IMG/VR virus record: IMGVR_UViG_3300042562_000746
Location: 62,251 to 126,250 of that record
From: a virus
Taxonomy: Duplodnaviria; Caudoviricetes
Strand: one strand, 5' to 3'
Length of the DNA: 64,000 bases
A program made the position numbers and the translations under genes. This document shows, one piece after another, positions 45,261 through 56,778 of the stretch; position 1 is the first letter of the stretch; every line of letters starts with the position of its first letter. A model generated the notes under the pieces. It had not been told where the DNA came from, did no database searches, and worked only from the letters and a program-made list of their open reading frames with translations.

Positions 45261-47549
45261 TTATGCGTTAAAAGTTGCCCCAGTTGGTAAAACATTGAAA
45301 TCAATTTGAATGAATTCTGCAGTTTTAGTTGGTTGTAAGAATATTGCACCTTTTAAGATGTTTCTATCGATTACGTCTGGAGTGTTGTTGGTTTCATCCA
45401 TTACAACTTTGAATGCGTATAAACCTTGTCTTTGTTGAATGTTTTCTAAATAAGGGTTAACTGTATTTAAGAATTTAGTTCTTGTATCTGTTGTGTTTTG
45501 TTCAAATATTAAATATCTACTAGTTGAAGCAATATACTTCTTAACTGTGATAAGTAATCTTCTAACATTGATTCTATCTAATGCTGATGGTCTAGCTTGT
45601 AAGGTTTTTTGTCCGAATGCTACGATACCTTGTCCAGGGAACTGAGCGATTGGATTTACTTTTCCTTCATATAAAGTATCTCTATCAGAATGAGTTAATC
45701 TATCTAATACTGCTACTGCACCAGTGATACCACCTCTATTCAAACCTGCAGGTGCAAACCACTCAGCTGATGTAGCATCGTTAGCTGCATAAACTCTAGG
45801 TAATAAAACTGAAGGTGGAACTGCGATTAATTTATTTGTGTTTGTGTCAATTGTTTTAACCCAAGGATAGTAAACTGCTGCATAGTTAGTATCTAAACTT
45901 TCTGCTACACCTACTACCGTTGCAATACCAGCACTTTGTCCTGCTGCATCCATAATATAGAATGTATCCGCTCTATTCTCACATATATCCATTGCGTATT
46001 GAGTTACATTACTATGGTCGTTATGATTAACACCAGGTAATACTAATAAGTTAATATCCCACTCATCTACATTTGATAATGCATCTAAACATTTTTTATA
46101 TGCTACTGAACCACTTGCTGCTGAATCAGATAAATCTAATCCTTGAACATTTCCAGAAGTAATATCTGTTCCTTTGTTAGAAGTAATTGTTGGATTTAAA
46201 CCATCAAAACCACCTTGGAAAGCGATTGTAAATGTTCTATATGATACTATATTTGCATTTGCGTTTGCACTTAATGGTAAACCTACTAATGTATCTAATG
46301 AGAATATTGAATTATTTCCATTATATCCTAAAGTTGCAGTTAATGGCTTTAAGAAAAGAGTATTATCAGCATTATCTAAATTGATACCACTTGCATAAAT
46401 AGATGAACTATATGATGCGGTTGTAAATGTTACACCAGGTAAATTAGCTAATTCAGCAGATGAACCACTTATAAAGTTTTCATATGCAGCGTGTGCGTAA
46501 GGTACTGCTGTTACAGGATACAAATCAGAATCTTTTGCTTCAACTCTAATGTATTTAGATTTATTAAGCCAATCACCAATTGTAGTTACTTTACCATAAG
46601 AATCAATTGTACTTACTTCATCACCGATTACTCTAGCAATATAGTTAGTTGAAGTTGGGTCTAATGATAAATTATTATATTGTTCTAAAATGTTTTGTCT
46701 TTTATCGGTATCATCATATTTTCTAACATATAGAGAGAAAGTTCCATAATCAGAACCATTGATATCACCTGCTGCTTTAATGTTACCAATAGTAACTTTA
46801 AATCTTGTATTTTCTACATTACCATCTGCTAAAGTATGTATACGGAATAATTCATATCTTAATCCACCCATATCTTGTGATTGAATCCATGGAGTAGAAG
46901 CGTAAGTTGCATCGGCTGTGAAGTTTTGGTCACCCAATATCACATAACTTACATTTGCATTACTTGCAGTATTAAAACTTGTGTATGTGGTAGTTGCTGC
47001 ATCAGAAAAATATCCATATACATATGCTTCTTTTGTTCCTAATGGTGAAGTACCAAATACATCATCTACTGATTGAGTTGATGATGGAACTAATGAAGTT
47101 GCATATGAACCACTAAGTGTTGCTCCACCTAATGAAAAATTACCACTATTAGCAGTGTTTGAACTTGCACTAAATGTAGTTGAAAAACTATTAGTATCTG
47201 TATCGGTATTAAATAGTACTGCTACTGATTTAGATACTGATGCCGATGATATAGTTAATAAAACAGGATTTTGTTCGGTATATCCACCGATACCTGCTAC
47301 TCTACAAATAGTTACTAAACCAGTCTCTCTTAAATAATTTTGAGCGGTTAATTCTGTGTAATATGTACCATCAGCTGCACCGAAGATATCTTCTAACTCA
47401 GATGGTGATGTTACGATTGTTGGTTTAAACGCCGGTCCTTGTTTGAAAGGTCCTACAATTGCCCCACCAATAGCTCCAACTCCTTGTGCTATGAATGATA
47501 AATCGTTTTCTCTTGTAAATACACCCGGCGATACTAATTTTTCAGCCAT
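45261..47549 (-). CDS. contractile tail sheath (T4 gp18-like)
   Basis: SPGVFTRENDLS, WFAPAGLNRG, DRINVRRL, PTKTAEFI. Confidence 0.95.
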   Translation of the reverse strand: MAEKLVSPGVFTRENDLSFIAQGVGAIGGAIVGPFKQGPAFKPTIVTSPSELEDIFGAADGTYYTELTAQNYLRETGLVTICRVAGIGGYTEQNPVLLTISSASVSKSVAVLFNTDTDTNSFSTTFSASSNTANSGNFSLGGATLSGSYATSLVPSSTQSVDDVFGTSPLGTKEAYVYGYFSDAATTTYTSFNTASNANVSYVILGDQNFTADATYASTPWIQSQDMGGLRYELFRIHTLADGNVENTRFKVTIGNIKAAGDINGSDYGTFSLYVRKYDDTDKRQNILEQYNNLSLDPTSTNYIARVIGDEVSTIDSYGKVTTIGDWLNKSKYIRVEAKDSDLYPVTAVPYAHAAYENFISGSSAELANLPGVTFTTASYSSSIYASGINLDNADNTLFLKPLTATLGYNGNNSIFSLDTLVGLPLSANANANIVSYRTFTIAFQGGFDGLNPTITSNKGTDITSGNVQGLDLSDSAASGSVAYKKCLDALSNVDEWDINLLVLPGVNHNDHSNVTQYAMDICENRADTFYIMDAAGQSAGIATVVGVAESLDTNYAAVYYPWVKTIDTNTNKLIAVPPSVLLPRVYAANDATSAEWFAPAGLNRGGITGAVAVLDRLTHSDRDTLYEGKVNPIAQFPGQGIVAFGQKTLQARPSALDRINVRRLLITVKKYIASTSRYLIFEQNTTDTRTKFLNTVNPYLENIQQRQGLYAFKVVMDETNNTPDVIDRNILKGAIFLQPTKTAEFIQIDFNVLPTGATFNA

Positions 47550-47621
47550 TTTATTTGTTCTCCTTATAAATTATGTTATAATATTCTAATATAAATATAC
47601 AATATTTGTTGTAAAAATATA

Positions 47622-47873
47622 TTATTGTTGTTCTTTTGGTTTAAATTCTCCGGTGGTGGTATCTAAATCTCCATCTCCGTATTCTTTTTGAATTTCAGAT
47701 AAGAAATTTTGTTCTTCTACACCTAATTTTTCAAACTCTTCAAACATATTTTCTTCATCAAGTTTTAATTGTTTTTGTTGAATTTGATTTTGTCCTATAA
47801 TAAAAGTTAATTCATTAAATTTTCCTTTTAGTTCTTTTAATTGTTGTAACTGCTCTGGTTTGATTTGTGCCAT
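47622..47873 (-). CDS. small coiled-coil protein
   Basis: 83 aa, Q/E-rich, ends KEYGDGDLDTTTGEF. Confidence 0.7.
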   Translation of the reverse strand: MAQIKPEQLQQLKELKGKFNELTFIIGQNQIQQKQLKLDEENMFEEFEKLGVEEQNFLSEIQKEYGDGDLDTTTGEFKPKEQQ

Positions 47874-47929
47874 AGTTTTTTATTTTATTTGTTCTATATA
47901 TAAATATATATTTTTTTACTCAAACGATA

Positions 47930-49591
47930 TTATAATCCGTATCTACCTTTTAAATTATTCCAAACATTTCCTATTTCAGTTGCAGTTAATGCTCTTTGAT
48001 AGAAAAAGAATGAACCTAAATTACCAGTATTATTTTGCATTAAATAAATATCAGATGTTCCAGTAGTTGCTGCTGCGGTTGTTGATGCAGATGCTACTTC
48101 TGAGTTGTTATTGTATATTTTTGTTGTACCAGCACCTGTTGTAACTGCAATCATATGCCATCCTGTTAAAGTTTGACCTGTTGCTGATGTGTTACCATTC
48201 GGTGTTGATGTAAATGCGATAGTTGTTGAACTTGCATTTAATGTATAATCAGTTCCTCTACTTAATATATTACCACCACTTGCATTTACAAACGCTATAA
48301 TAGTATATCCATTTCCAGATGTTGTATTAAAGTTTGCATTACCAGTACCACTACTATATGCTTGTTCTTTGATACCATATTTACCACTTGCAAATGTTAA
48401 TGATTTTGGAGATGTTCCGTTGAATGTTGGTGCTACTATTGCCGGATTGGAAGTTCCACCGGTTAAGTTAAAACCGGTTGAATAGCCTGCTACATCATTA
48501 AAGTTTGTAGTTGAAACTGCTGTGTTATAAGATGCCTCAAATTGAGGTTCTAAATAACATACTAAATTTGTCCATGGAATTGGTGCAGTTGCTGCTCCTT
48601 TATTATGTGAAACAAATCCATTAGCTAAATAAGTGTGTGCCGTATCTACTGTAATTGTTGCGATTTCCAATGTTTTATTTACAAATTGTACTAATTCTAC
48701 TAATACATCTTCTACTAAACCAGTTGCTGCATTATATTTAACTAATTTATCACCTTCAACAACATCTTCTGCTCTTGTAAATTGATAAGTTTCAGTTAAT
48801 GCATCCCATACAAATAAAGGATGTGCGTGTGTTGCTTTGATTGCACCATCATTAATAGAAACATATGAATCTGCAAATGAAAAATAAATGTTACTTACTT
48901 CTGCATTTACAATTTCACCATTTGAACCAGTTGTGTTATACCACCAATACCATTCACCTTCATCATTTGCCGGAAACCATTCTGGCATATCAGTTGGTAC
49001 GAATGTTTTAATCATATCACCTGCATATAAATCACCTGCTAAAACAGTTGAACCATCTGCTAATAAAATTTCAGTATCAGTTGCTACACAAAGAACATCT
49101 GAGTTGATTGAGTTATATGAATCTACTGAATAAATTGTTTTTGTACTTGCTGCACCTGCTCCACTATTTCCTGTTGCATTTGTAGTATAGGTATCATCAT
49201 AATATGCAGTTAATGTTGTTGCATTACTACCACTTAATGTTGCAGCTGCTAATGCTTTTGCACTAATAGAAGTTGTTGCACCATTTGTACCAATTGTAAA
49301 ATATGTACTATCGTTTACCGTCACACTATAATTAGCTGCTAGTATCTTTACTCTATTATCAAATGCTAAACCTTGTCCGGTAAATGCAAATGTAAGATTT
49401 TCAGATGTACTTTCTACTATATAAGTAAATGGTTGTGTTACCGCTACATTACCATATATAAATGAACTCATTGATACCGGTGTTCCTGCTAATGCGTTTG
49501 CTGCATTTAATGAAGATGATACTAAACCACTTCTAGTTGTACCAGCCCATGCTCTATACAAATTTCCTAAACTTAAATTACTTGCTGCCAT
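47930..49591 (-). CDS. virion protein with internal Hint domain and C-terminal LamG/ConA-like domain
   Basis: CVATDTEILLADG...ATHAHP...YLANGFVSHN; C-terminal WHMIAVT, YQRALTATEI. Confidence 0.75.
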   Translation of the reverse strand: MAASNLSLGNLYRAWAGTTRSGLVSSSLNAANALAGTPVSMSSFIYGNVAVTQPFTYIVESTSENLTFAFTGQGLAFDNRVKILAANYSVTVNDSTYFTIGTNGATTSISAKALAAATLSGSNATTLTAYYDDTYTTNATGNSGAGAASTKTIYSVDSYNSINSDVLCVATDTEILLADGSTVLAGDLYAGDMIKTFVPTDMPEWFPANDEGEWYWWYNTTGSNGEIVNAEVSNIYFSFADSYVSINDGAIKATHAHPLFVWDALTETYQFTRAEDVVEGDKLVKYNAATGLVEDVLVELVQFVNKTLEIATITVDTAHTYLANGFVSHNKGAATAPIPWTNLVCYLEPQFEASYNTAVSTTNFNDVAGYSTGFNLTGGTSNPAIVAPTFNGTSPKSLTFASGKYGIKEQAYSSGTGNANFNTTSGNGYTIIAFVNASGGNILSRGTDYTLNASSTTIAFTSTPNGNTSATGQTLTGWHMIAVTTGAGTTKIYNNNSEVASASTTAAATTGTSDIYLMQNNTGNLGSFFFYQRALTATEIGNVWNNLKGRYGL

Positions 49592-49606
49592 ATTATTGTT
49601 TTCCTT

Positions 49607-50611
49607 TTAACTATTATAAATATCTAATAAACTATTAACCCATTTGTTTCTATCCGAATACTCTAACATATATTCTTTTATTTTGTTGAACCAATGTTTT
49701 TTATATTCGTAATCACTATTCTTAATCCATTGTATTGTTCCTTCAAATTCAGTTTTAGTATCTGCTCTAAAAGGATATACCCAATCTTTCATCCATTCTT
49801 TACTTAATATAGGTAGTTTTCCATAATCAACCGCTTGAAATATTGAATATCCAAATGGCTCATAATTAAAACAACTATGTGAAATTCCCCAATCTAAACG
49901 ATAAAACCAATCTAACTTACTATAATCAAACATATATCGTTTAGCTCGTTTGAAATTCACCCCATATCCCTTCTCCCACACATCATTTAGAACTTTTAGT
50001 GTTGTAAATAAATAACAATCTATATTTTCTAAATACCAAACTCTCTTTCTTGTTTCAGTTCTCGCTGCAAATCCTACTTTTGTACTATCACTCAATTCTA
50101 AATTATGAGTAAAATCATAATAATTAGGAATATCAATGAACTCATACTCTGCATGCTTTGGAGTTTGAAATAATCCTATCCAAATTCGTTTCTTAGCTGA
50201 TTTAATTATATTATTTTCCCACTCCGAGTCTGCTCCATAATGTTGCATTCCTGGTGCTTCTGAAAATAATCCAGCTTTGAGAGACATATCAATTGAATTA
50301 TGCATTACATAACTTTCAATCTTGTCCAAATTGTTTAGGATTGCTGAGTTAGGGTAATAGTGTCCGTGTAGTATGTGTATTCGCCGAGCACTATTTATAA
50401 GTTCATCGAACTTATCTTTATCATCCACTTGCCAATAAATTTCGAGGGGGAATTTCACCCCCTCAAAATCATCTGGTTTCTTTCTATGTATAAGTAGGAT
50501 AGGTTTTACTTTTAAGTGAGGAACAACGTATTCTACAAAGTTATTCACCCAAACATCACTACCAGCACCTACTTTATTTCCGAAACCTGTTGTATAATAT
50601 ACATCATACAT
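49607..50611 (-). CDS. putative glycosyltransferase (GT-B fold)
   Basis: GFAARTETRK and EPFGYSIFQAVDYGKLPI. Confidence 0.7.
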   Translation of the reverse strand: MYDVYYTTGFGNKVGAGSDVWVNNFVEYVVPHLKVKPILLIHRKKPDDFEGVKFPLEIYWQVDDKDKFDELINSARRIHILHGHYYPNSAILNNLDKIESYVMHNSIDMSLKAGLFSEAPGMQHYGADSEWENNIIKSAKKRIWIGLFQTPKHAEYEFIDIPNYYDFTHNLELSDSTKVGFAARTETRKRVWYLENIDCYLFTTLKVLNDVWEKGYGVNFKRAKRYMFDYSKLDWFYRLDWGISHSCFNYEPFGYSIFQAVDYGKLPILSKEWMKDWVYPFRADTKTEFEGTIQWIKNSDYEYKKHWFNKIKEYMLEYSDRNKWVNSLLDIYNS

Positions 50612-50617
50612 TTTTTA

Positions 50618-52570
50618 TTATTTTTTTAGAGCTTCTACTTCTGCTTTTAATTCAGCTATTTGTGTTTGTTGCTCTTTAATTGCTTCTACTAATAAACCAA
50701 CCATCTTAGAGTAATCGATACCTAAATATCCATCTTCTCTTTCTTTTACTACTTCTGGTAAAACTTCTTGCACTTCTTGTGCGATTAAACCAGTTGAAGG
50801 TGCGGTTTTAGTTACTTCATTTGCATCTTCATTCCATTCCCAAGTTACACCATTTAATTGTTTAACTTTATTTAATGCATCTGAAATGTTTACGATGTTA
50901 TTTTTTAATCTTCTATCTGAACCTGAGAACGCTACGATATCACCCGTTGCAGATACACTTGCGAATGCTACTGCTGAGTTTGTTGCTACCGCTTGTCCAA
51001 TTGAAATTGTTGGAGTTGCACCTTCACCACTATTGTTTGTGATTGTAACACCAGTTCCTTGTACTAAACTTGCAACGTAATCACCGGTTGTATCAGTTCC
51101 CAATGCTACTGAATTAGCAGCGATTGTAGTTGCAAATGATACGTTAGCTAAATCTGTTATTGTACCAGTACCTGTTACATCTCCGGTTAACGTAATTGAA
51201 ATATCTTTTCCTTCTAATGTTGTTACTCTACCACTTATTGCATCTGTTACTACTTTAACTGAACCACTTATTGTTGATATAGAAGTTGCAGTTGCACTTG
51301 CTACACTTGCAGAAGTTGCAAAAGTATCTGTTACTGCTTTAACACTTGAACTTAATGAAGTTATAGAAGTTGCAGTTGCACTTGCTACACTTGCAGAAGT
51401 TGCAAAAGTATCGGTTACTGCTTTAACTGAACTACTTAGTGTAGTTATTGATGTTGCAGTTGCTGATGCTACTGAACTACTTACTGCGAATCCACTTGCT
51501 GCTACCGATGCGCTTAATGCTACTCTTGCTGCATTTGAAGAACTAAGGTCAGTTGCTGCGCTTGCACTATATGATGATGCACTTTGGAATGCTCCCCATG
51601 CACTTGCACTTACAATAGTTACACTTGCATCTGTTGCAAATGTTGAATCTAATGAAGAACTAAATGTTTCTGCTGCTACTAATCTACTATCTACTGATGT
51701 ACTATATAAAGATACATTTCCTATACCTGTTATTGTTGATGCGCTTAATGTACCAATTAATGATATTGAACCACTAACTTTTAATGAACCAGTTACTGCG
51801 GTTACTGCTGCAGATGAAGTACCAAATGAACTATCACCTTTTGCAGTTAAACCCTGATCCATTATCATTCCGTTTCCGGTATTTGATAATGTAGAAACTA
51901 CTACACCATTAGATACCATTTTGATTGAACCAGTTGAAATATATAAATCTCTGAAAAATTTATCTACCGAACCTAAATCATATGTATTACTTACTCCAGG
52001 TATAATTGAACCTGTTAAATTTATATCACCATTTATGAATTGAGAACCTGTAAATCTATTTGTTTTACTATCATCGGTAGTTGCAATTCTACCATCATTT
52101 AACATCGCGGAAAATGTAATGTATCCACCAGAAATTGCACTAAATGCATGTTCGGTTAAAGTTGAAACTACTGTACTACCTTCTACAAATTTAATTGAAC
52201 CAGTTGAAATATATAAATCTTTCCAAACTTTAGTTGTAGAACCCAAATCAAACGTATTAGTTGTTGATGGGATTAATGAAGAACTTAAAGATGCTACTAC
52301 ATTAACGGTATCACTTACATTATCACCGATTGTAATTGCTCCACCTAATATTAAGTTACCATCAATTTTTGCATTTCCTGTAATATCTATTGAAGAACCC
52401 GAAATACCAGAGAATGAACCTGCACTTCCTGTTCCAGATGCACCTAATGTAATATCACCACTTGCACCACCAATTTGTAAAGTTCCTAAATCTGTATTTA
52501 CATATGGCTCACCAAATGCTAACGAACCTGATTTCTGTGCGGTCGTACCACGTCTAAATTTTAATCCCAT
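50618..52570 (-). CDS. tail fibre with C-terminal S74 intramolecular chaperone
   Basis: N-terminal FRRGT...GEP; SDRRLKNNI...GLIAQEV...YSKMVGLLVEAIKE. Confidence 0.85.
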   Translation of the reverse strand: MGLKFRRGTTAQKSGSLAFGEPYVNTDLGTLQIGGASGDITLGASGTGSAGSFSGISGSSIDITGNAKIDGNLILGGAITIGDNVSDTVNVVASLSSSLIPSTTNTFDLGSTTKVWKDLYISTGSIKFVEGSTVVSTLTEHAFSAISGGYITFSAMLNDGRIATTDDSKTNRFTGSQFINGDINLTGSIIPGVSNTYDLGSVDKFFRDLYISTGSIKMVSNGVVVSTLSNTGNGMIMDQGLTAKGDSSFGTSSAAVTAVTGSLKVSGSISLIGTLSASTITGIGNVSLYSTSVDSRLVAAETFSSSLDSTFATDASVTIVSASAWGAFQSASSYSASAATDLSSSNAARVALSASVAASGFAVSSSVASATATSITTLSSSVKAVTDTFATSASVASATATSITSLSSSVKAVTDTFATSASVASATATSISTISGSVKVVTDAISGRVTTLEGKDISITLTGDVTGTGTITDLANVSFATTIAANSVALGTDTTGDYVASLVQGTGVTITNNSGEGATPTISIGQAVATNSAVAFASVSATGDIVAFSGSDRRLKNNIVNISDALNKVKQLNGVTWEWNEDANEVTKTAPSTGLIAQEVQEVLPEVVKEREDGYLGIDYSKMVGLLVEAIKEQQTQIAELKAEVEALKK

Positions 52571-52654
52571 TGTTTGTTTTTGTTTGTTTTGTATTTATCA
52601 TTAGAGACATTGGTGTAAACTTAATTGTATATAGTAATAAATATGTAATTCGTA

Positions 52655-55369
52655 TTAAGAACCCACTTTATTTTCTAATTCTTTTATTCTTTTTTCTTGT
52701 TCTTTTACAACCTCAATTAATAAACCTATAATCTTATCGTAATCAACTCCTAAATAACCAGTATGTGTTTCTTTTACTAACTCAGGTAATACTTTTTCAA
52801 CATCTTGTGCTATCACACCATAATCATGTTTACCTGCTTTAAACATAGATTTATCGTTCCAATCAAATTCAACACCTCTTAATTGTTGTACTTTTTCAAT
52901 AGGGTTAGAAATTAATTGAATGTTATCTTTTAATCTTTCATCTGATGTTGAGTATGCTGTTATATCACCCGTCACATTTAACGAGCCACTTATGATTTGA
53001 TTTTGTGTAAATGTATTTTCTACAGCTAATTTAGCATAAGTTGTATTTGCACTTGCACTATAAGAAGTTGCTGCTGCATTACTTGCACTTATTGATGTTG
53101 CAAAACTACTACTATTATTTGTAATATTATAATTACTTGCACTTATTGATGTTGCTAATGAAGAACTATACGAAGATGCACTTTGGAATGCTCCCCATGC
53201 ACTAGCCGAAGCTTGTGTTATATTACCAATGTTAGTGTTTATAGTTGTATAAAAGCTACTACTATAAGAACTAGCTGATTGAAATGCTCCCCATGCACTT
53301 TGAGAATTTATAATTATTCTATTATCTACTGATGTTGAATATTCCGTTACATTACCTATACCATTTATACTACCACTAAATCCTAATGATGCAGTTATTG
53401 AACCTGTTATTAATAATGCAGTTGCACTATATTGGTCTAAACCGTTTTGTGTTAATCCAGTAAATGTAATACTATCAACAACTTGAATACTTTTAGCAGT
53501 TGCACCTTTAATTAAAATATTTCCTAAAGTACCCTGTGTTTCATATGCTAATACCGGTAGTTCTGCACCTACTAATGTTGTTGCTACTAATGTATCACAA
53601 TAAACTGTTCCACTTGCACTAATATTTGTAGATGCTGTAATATTATTAAATTGTACATTCGACCCGATTGCTAATCCACTTGCAATTGCACTAACTTGTG
53701 TTCCTATATGTGTAAAATCAATTCCGGTTTGTCCTGTTGTATCGTTATGAGTTAATGTACTTGCACTAATTCTCGTATCAAATGAAGAACTATCGTTTTT
53801 ATATGAAGAACTAAATGTATTTATTGTTCCACTAATTGAAGAACTATAATATATTGAAGAACTTTGTAAACTTGCACTTACTAAACTTAATGAAGAACTG
53901 AATGAGCTACTATACGAACTTGCACTTTGGAATGCTCCCCATGCTGATGCACTTGCTTCTGTTATGTTTGTATCTTGATTTGCATCTCTTGTATAAATTG
54001 ATGCCGAATATGAAGATGCACTTTGGAATGCTCCCCATGCACTCTGAGAATTAATTAATACACTTTGAGTTGTATTATTAATTGTTGTATAAAAACTAGC
54101 ACTATAAGATGATGCACTTTGAAATGCTCCCCATGCACTTGCGCTTACTATTGAATGAGATACACTTTGAGTAGTATCTGTAAAATATAAAGATGAACTT
54201 AGATTAGATATATCTATTGTTGTACCTACTTGTATTTCACTTCCTTTTTTACCCGCTTTCCATATATCATTTGTTACATCCCAAATCATTGAACCGGTTA
54301 TGGTACTTGCACCAACTTTATCGGTTACCTCAATACCACCATTTACTGCACCACCTGCATCTAATTGTATTACACTTGCAGATAAATTTACAATAGTTGC
54401 ATTAATGGTTGTAGTTGTACCTCTTACTAAAAAATCACCTTGAATTGTAACGGATGAACCGGTTAATTCTATTGCAGTTTTTAAAGAAGATGTATAATTT
54501 TCAATTGAATCTAATCTACCATCAAATGAAGTGCTATCTGAATTATATTGAGAACTACTAAATGTTTGTAATAATCCTACTGATGTTGAAACACTTGCAC
54601 TAAATAATGTTAATACACTTGCGGTTGATTCTACTAAATCTAATCTACTATCAAATGAACTACTATCGTTTTTATATTGTGATGAACTAAACGTTAATAA
54701 AGATGCACTTACATTATTTAAAGATTGGGAAGTTGCAATATACGAACTACTTACATTAAATAAAGATGAACTTACACTATTCAAAGATTCTGAAGTTGCA
54801 TTATAAGATGATGTAATAGATGCGGTAAATGAATTAACACTACCACTATGTTGTTCTAAATTATCTAATCTAGTATCATCTGATGTTGCTGCTATTTCTA
54901 AACTATCTAATCTACTATTTACTGATGTAGAGAATACTTTTATATCTATACCATTAACCGAACCACTTAAAGAACCTGTGATTGAAGTAATGTATGCGGT
55001 TTTCCAATTTTTATTTGTAGCACCACTACCGGAAAATCCTAAATCAAATGTATTATCTAAATAAGGAATCATTGAAGATGAAACTTCTGATAATAATGTA
55101 ACCGTATCTATTGATGATGTACTACCAAATTGTAAATTACCTATAATAGTAGTATTACCATTTATCAATACATTCCCACTTGCAGTTATATCACCACTAA
55201 CAGTAAAACTACCATTATTAATTCCACCTATTTTTGCTAATTGAATATTATTACCACTTCCTGATCCCAATGCTAATGATTGAGATGTCATATCATAATA
55301 TATTTCACCGCTGGCTAATGAACCGGTTAGTGATTGTCCTCTTGCTATTTGAAATAATGCTCTTGCCAT
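52655..55369 (-). CDS. Ser-rich tail fibre with S74 chaperone
   Basis: SDERLKDNI...GVIAQDV...YDKIIGLLIE; SAWGAFQSAS repeats. Confidence 0.85.
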   Translation of the reverse strand: MARALFQIARGQSLTGSLASGEIYYDMTSQSLALGSGSGNNIQLAKIGGINNGSFTVSGDITASGNVLINGNTTIIGNLQFGSTSSIDTVTLLSEVSSSMIPYLDNTFDLGFSGSGATNKNWKTAYITSITGSLSGSVNGIDIKVFSTSVNSRLDSLEIAATSDDTRLDNLEQHSGSVNSFTASITSSYNATSESLNSVSSSLFNVSSSYIATSQSLNNVSASLLTFSSSQYKNDSSSFDSRLDLVESTASVLTLFSASVSTSVGLLQTFSSSQYNSDSTSFDGRLDSIENYTSSLKTAIELTGSSVTIQGDFLVRGTTTTINATIVNLSASVIQLDAGGAVNGGIEVTDKVGASTITGSMIWDVTNDIWKAGKKGSEIQVGTTIDISNLSSSLYFTDTTQSVSHSIVSASAWGAFQSASSYSASFYTTINNTTQSVLINSQSAWGAFQSASSYSASIYTRDANQDTNITEASASAWGAFQSASSYSSSFSSSLSLVSASLQSSSIYYSSSISGTINTFSSSYKNDSSSFDTRISASTLTHNDTTGQTGIDFTHIGTQVSAIASGLAIGSNVQFNNITASTNISASGTVYCDTLVATTLVGAELPVLAYETQGTLGNILIKGATAKSIQVVDSITFTGLTQNGLDQYSATALLITGSITASLGFSGSINGIGNVTEYSTSVDNRIIINSQSAWGAFQSASSYSSSFYTTINTNIGNITQASASAWGAFQSASSYSSSLATSISASNYNITNNSSSFATSISASNAAATSYSASANTTYAKLAVENTFTQNQIISGSLNVTGDITAYSTSDERLKDNIQLISNPIEKVQQLRGVEFDWNDKSMFKAGKHDYGVIAQDVEKVLPELVKETHTGYLGVDYDKIIGLLIEVVKEQEKRIKELENKVGS

Positions 55370-55403
55370 TTAAATATTTTATTCTTTTTTATAAATATCA
55401 ATT

Positions 55404-56189
55404 TTAATTAAAATCCAAATCACCCTCTGCATTTATATATTTTGCTAAGTGATAATAGTTTGCAGTTACACTACCGGTTGTTACATTAAATGCAGTTGCA
55501 CTCATTGATACATACGTTAGATTACCAATTTTTATATCAAGTGAATTTTGTAATGCTGATATTGTTGTATTACTTGTACTATCTTCTATATAGTTTACTG
55601 TGCCTGCTGCGTTTGGGTCTAAATTAAAATCAAATGTATTAGGTCCTGCTGCTACTCCAACTTCACTTCCGTTTACTAAAAATGAACCGGTTACTGAAAC
55701 TGAACCTGTGAATTGATGTATATCATCGGCTGTATTACCGAATTTAGAACTACCACTTTCAAATATAACCGATGATGAAATTATATTAATATTAAATTGA
55801 GTTGCATTAATTGCACCCAATACGGTTAAACTACCGGTAATATTTGCACTTCCACTTAATTGAAAATTGTTGTGTGTAATGCTTAAAGTATCGTTAATTG
55901 ATAACCCACTACCACTTAATGAACCACTTGCATCGATATCACCATCTGTAATTACATCTCTAACTACATATAAATCTCTTTGTATTGTAATATCATCACT
56001 AACGAATAAAGAACCAGATGTGATTGAATTCGTTGTTACTATTGTTTCTACTGACTGAACTGAACCGGATTTCTTAAAATATAATTTACCATCGTAAGTA
56101 TTAATTGCTACTTCACCAAAGTTAATTGAACCCGTATCAGGAACCCTACCAGGAACGGCTGAGCGTTTTAGTATAATGTTTTGAGCCAT
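55404..56189 (-). CDS. short fibre-like protein
   Basis: N-terminal LKRS..PG.VP...GEVAINTYDGKLY; GS-rich beta repeats. Confidence 0.75.
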   Translation of the reverse strand: MAQNIILKRSAVPGRVPDTGSINFGEVAINTYDGKLYFKKSGSVQSVETIVTTNSITSGSLFVSDDITIQRDLYVVRDVITDGDIDASGSLSGSGLSINDTLSITHNNFQLSGSANITGSLTVLGAINATQFNINIISSSVIFESGSSKFGNTADDIHQFTGSVSVTGSFLVNGSEVGVAAGPNTFDFNLDPNAAGTVNYIEDSTSNTTISALQNSLDIKIGNLTYVSMSATAFNVTTGSVTANYYHLAKYINAEGDLDFN

Positions 56190-56224
56190 ATGTATGGAAA
56201 CGTTTTATGTGTTATCTAACAACG

Positions 56225-56248
56225 AAAAAAGGTACTATATAGTACCTT
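56225..56248 (-). terminator. intrinsic terminator
   Basis: AAGGTACTATATAGTACCTT inverted repeat followed by a T run. Confidence 0.6.
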
Positions 56249-56284
56249 TATAAATATATTAAAATAAATTAAAACGAAATTATA

Positions 56285-56758
56285 TTATATGGAGATTGTT
56301 ACTGTAATTGGATATGCATCATTAAATGCAGTTCCACTACTTGATACTAAATCTAATGTACCAGTTGGTGGGACACCCACCTTATCATTCCAATATACAC
56401 TAACATCATCAGGGTATTGATTATGTATTCTAAATGCTCCTGGTGTAAATGAGAATTCTATATGATACGCTGCTTGTGAAAGTCTTATCGTACCACTATT
56501 TGTAGTCATAGATGTTAATATTGTAGTTCTATCTACATTAAGTGCATCTATAAAATTTATATAAAGACTAGCATCCTCTAATATTAAATTAGGGTCTGCT
56601 ATTCCTAAATTAGTAGTATGGTTAGGAAATGTTATATTTCCATCATTCAGTGCCGGATTGAATCCACCTGCTCCAATTACTAAATAATATTCACCTGCAG
56701 CTGCTCCTGCATTATTTGGAACTATTGTAAATCCATCTGTAAATTGTATTAAAGCCAT
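56285..56758 (-). CDS. hypothetical virion-associated protein
   Basis: 157-aa beta-rich ORF within the fibre array. Confidence 0.65.
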   Translation of the reverse strand: MALIQFTDGFTIVPNNAGAAAGEYYLVIGAGGFNPALNDGNITFPNHTTNLGIADPNLILEDASLYINFIDALNVDRTTILTSMTTNSGTIRLSQAAYHIEFSFTPGAFRIHNQYPDDVSVYWNDKVGVPPTGTLDLVSSSGTAFNDAYPITVTISI

Positions 56759-56778
56759 TTTTTATTTTTTAGTTTTTA

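Noticed and set aside
48602-49090. Canonical mobile intein
   Set aside because: No homing endonuclease, +1 residue is Lys, and the host protein is not a conserved enzyme
43085-56259. T4 late promoters (TATAAATA) driving plus-strand transcription
   Set aside because: No plus-strand genes follow; position relative to starts fits the reverse-complement motif on the minus strand
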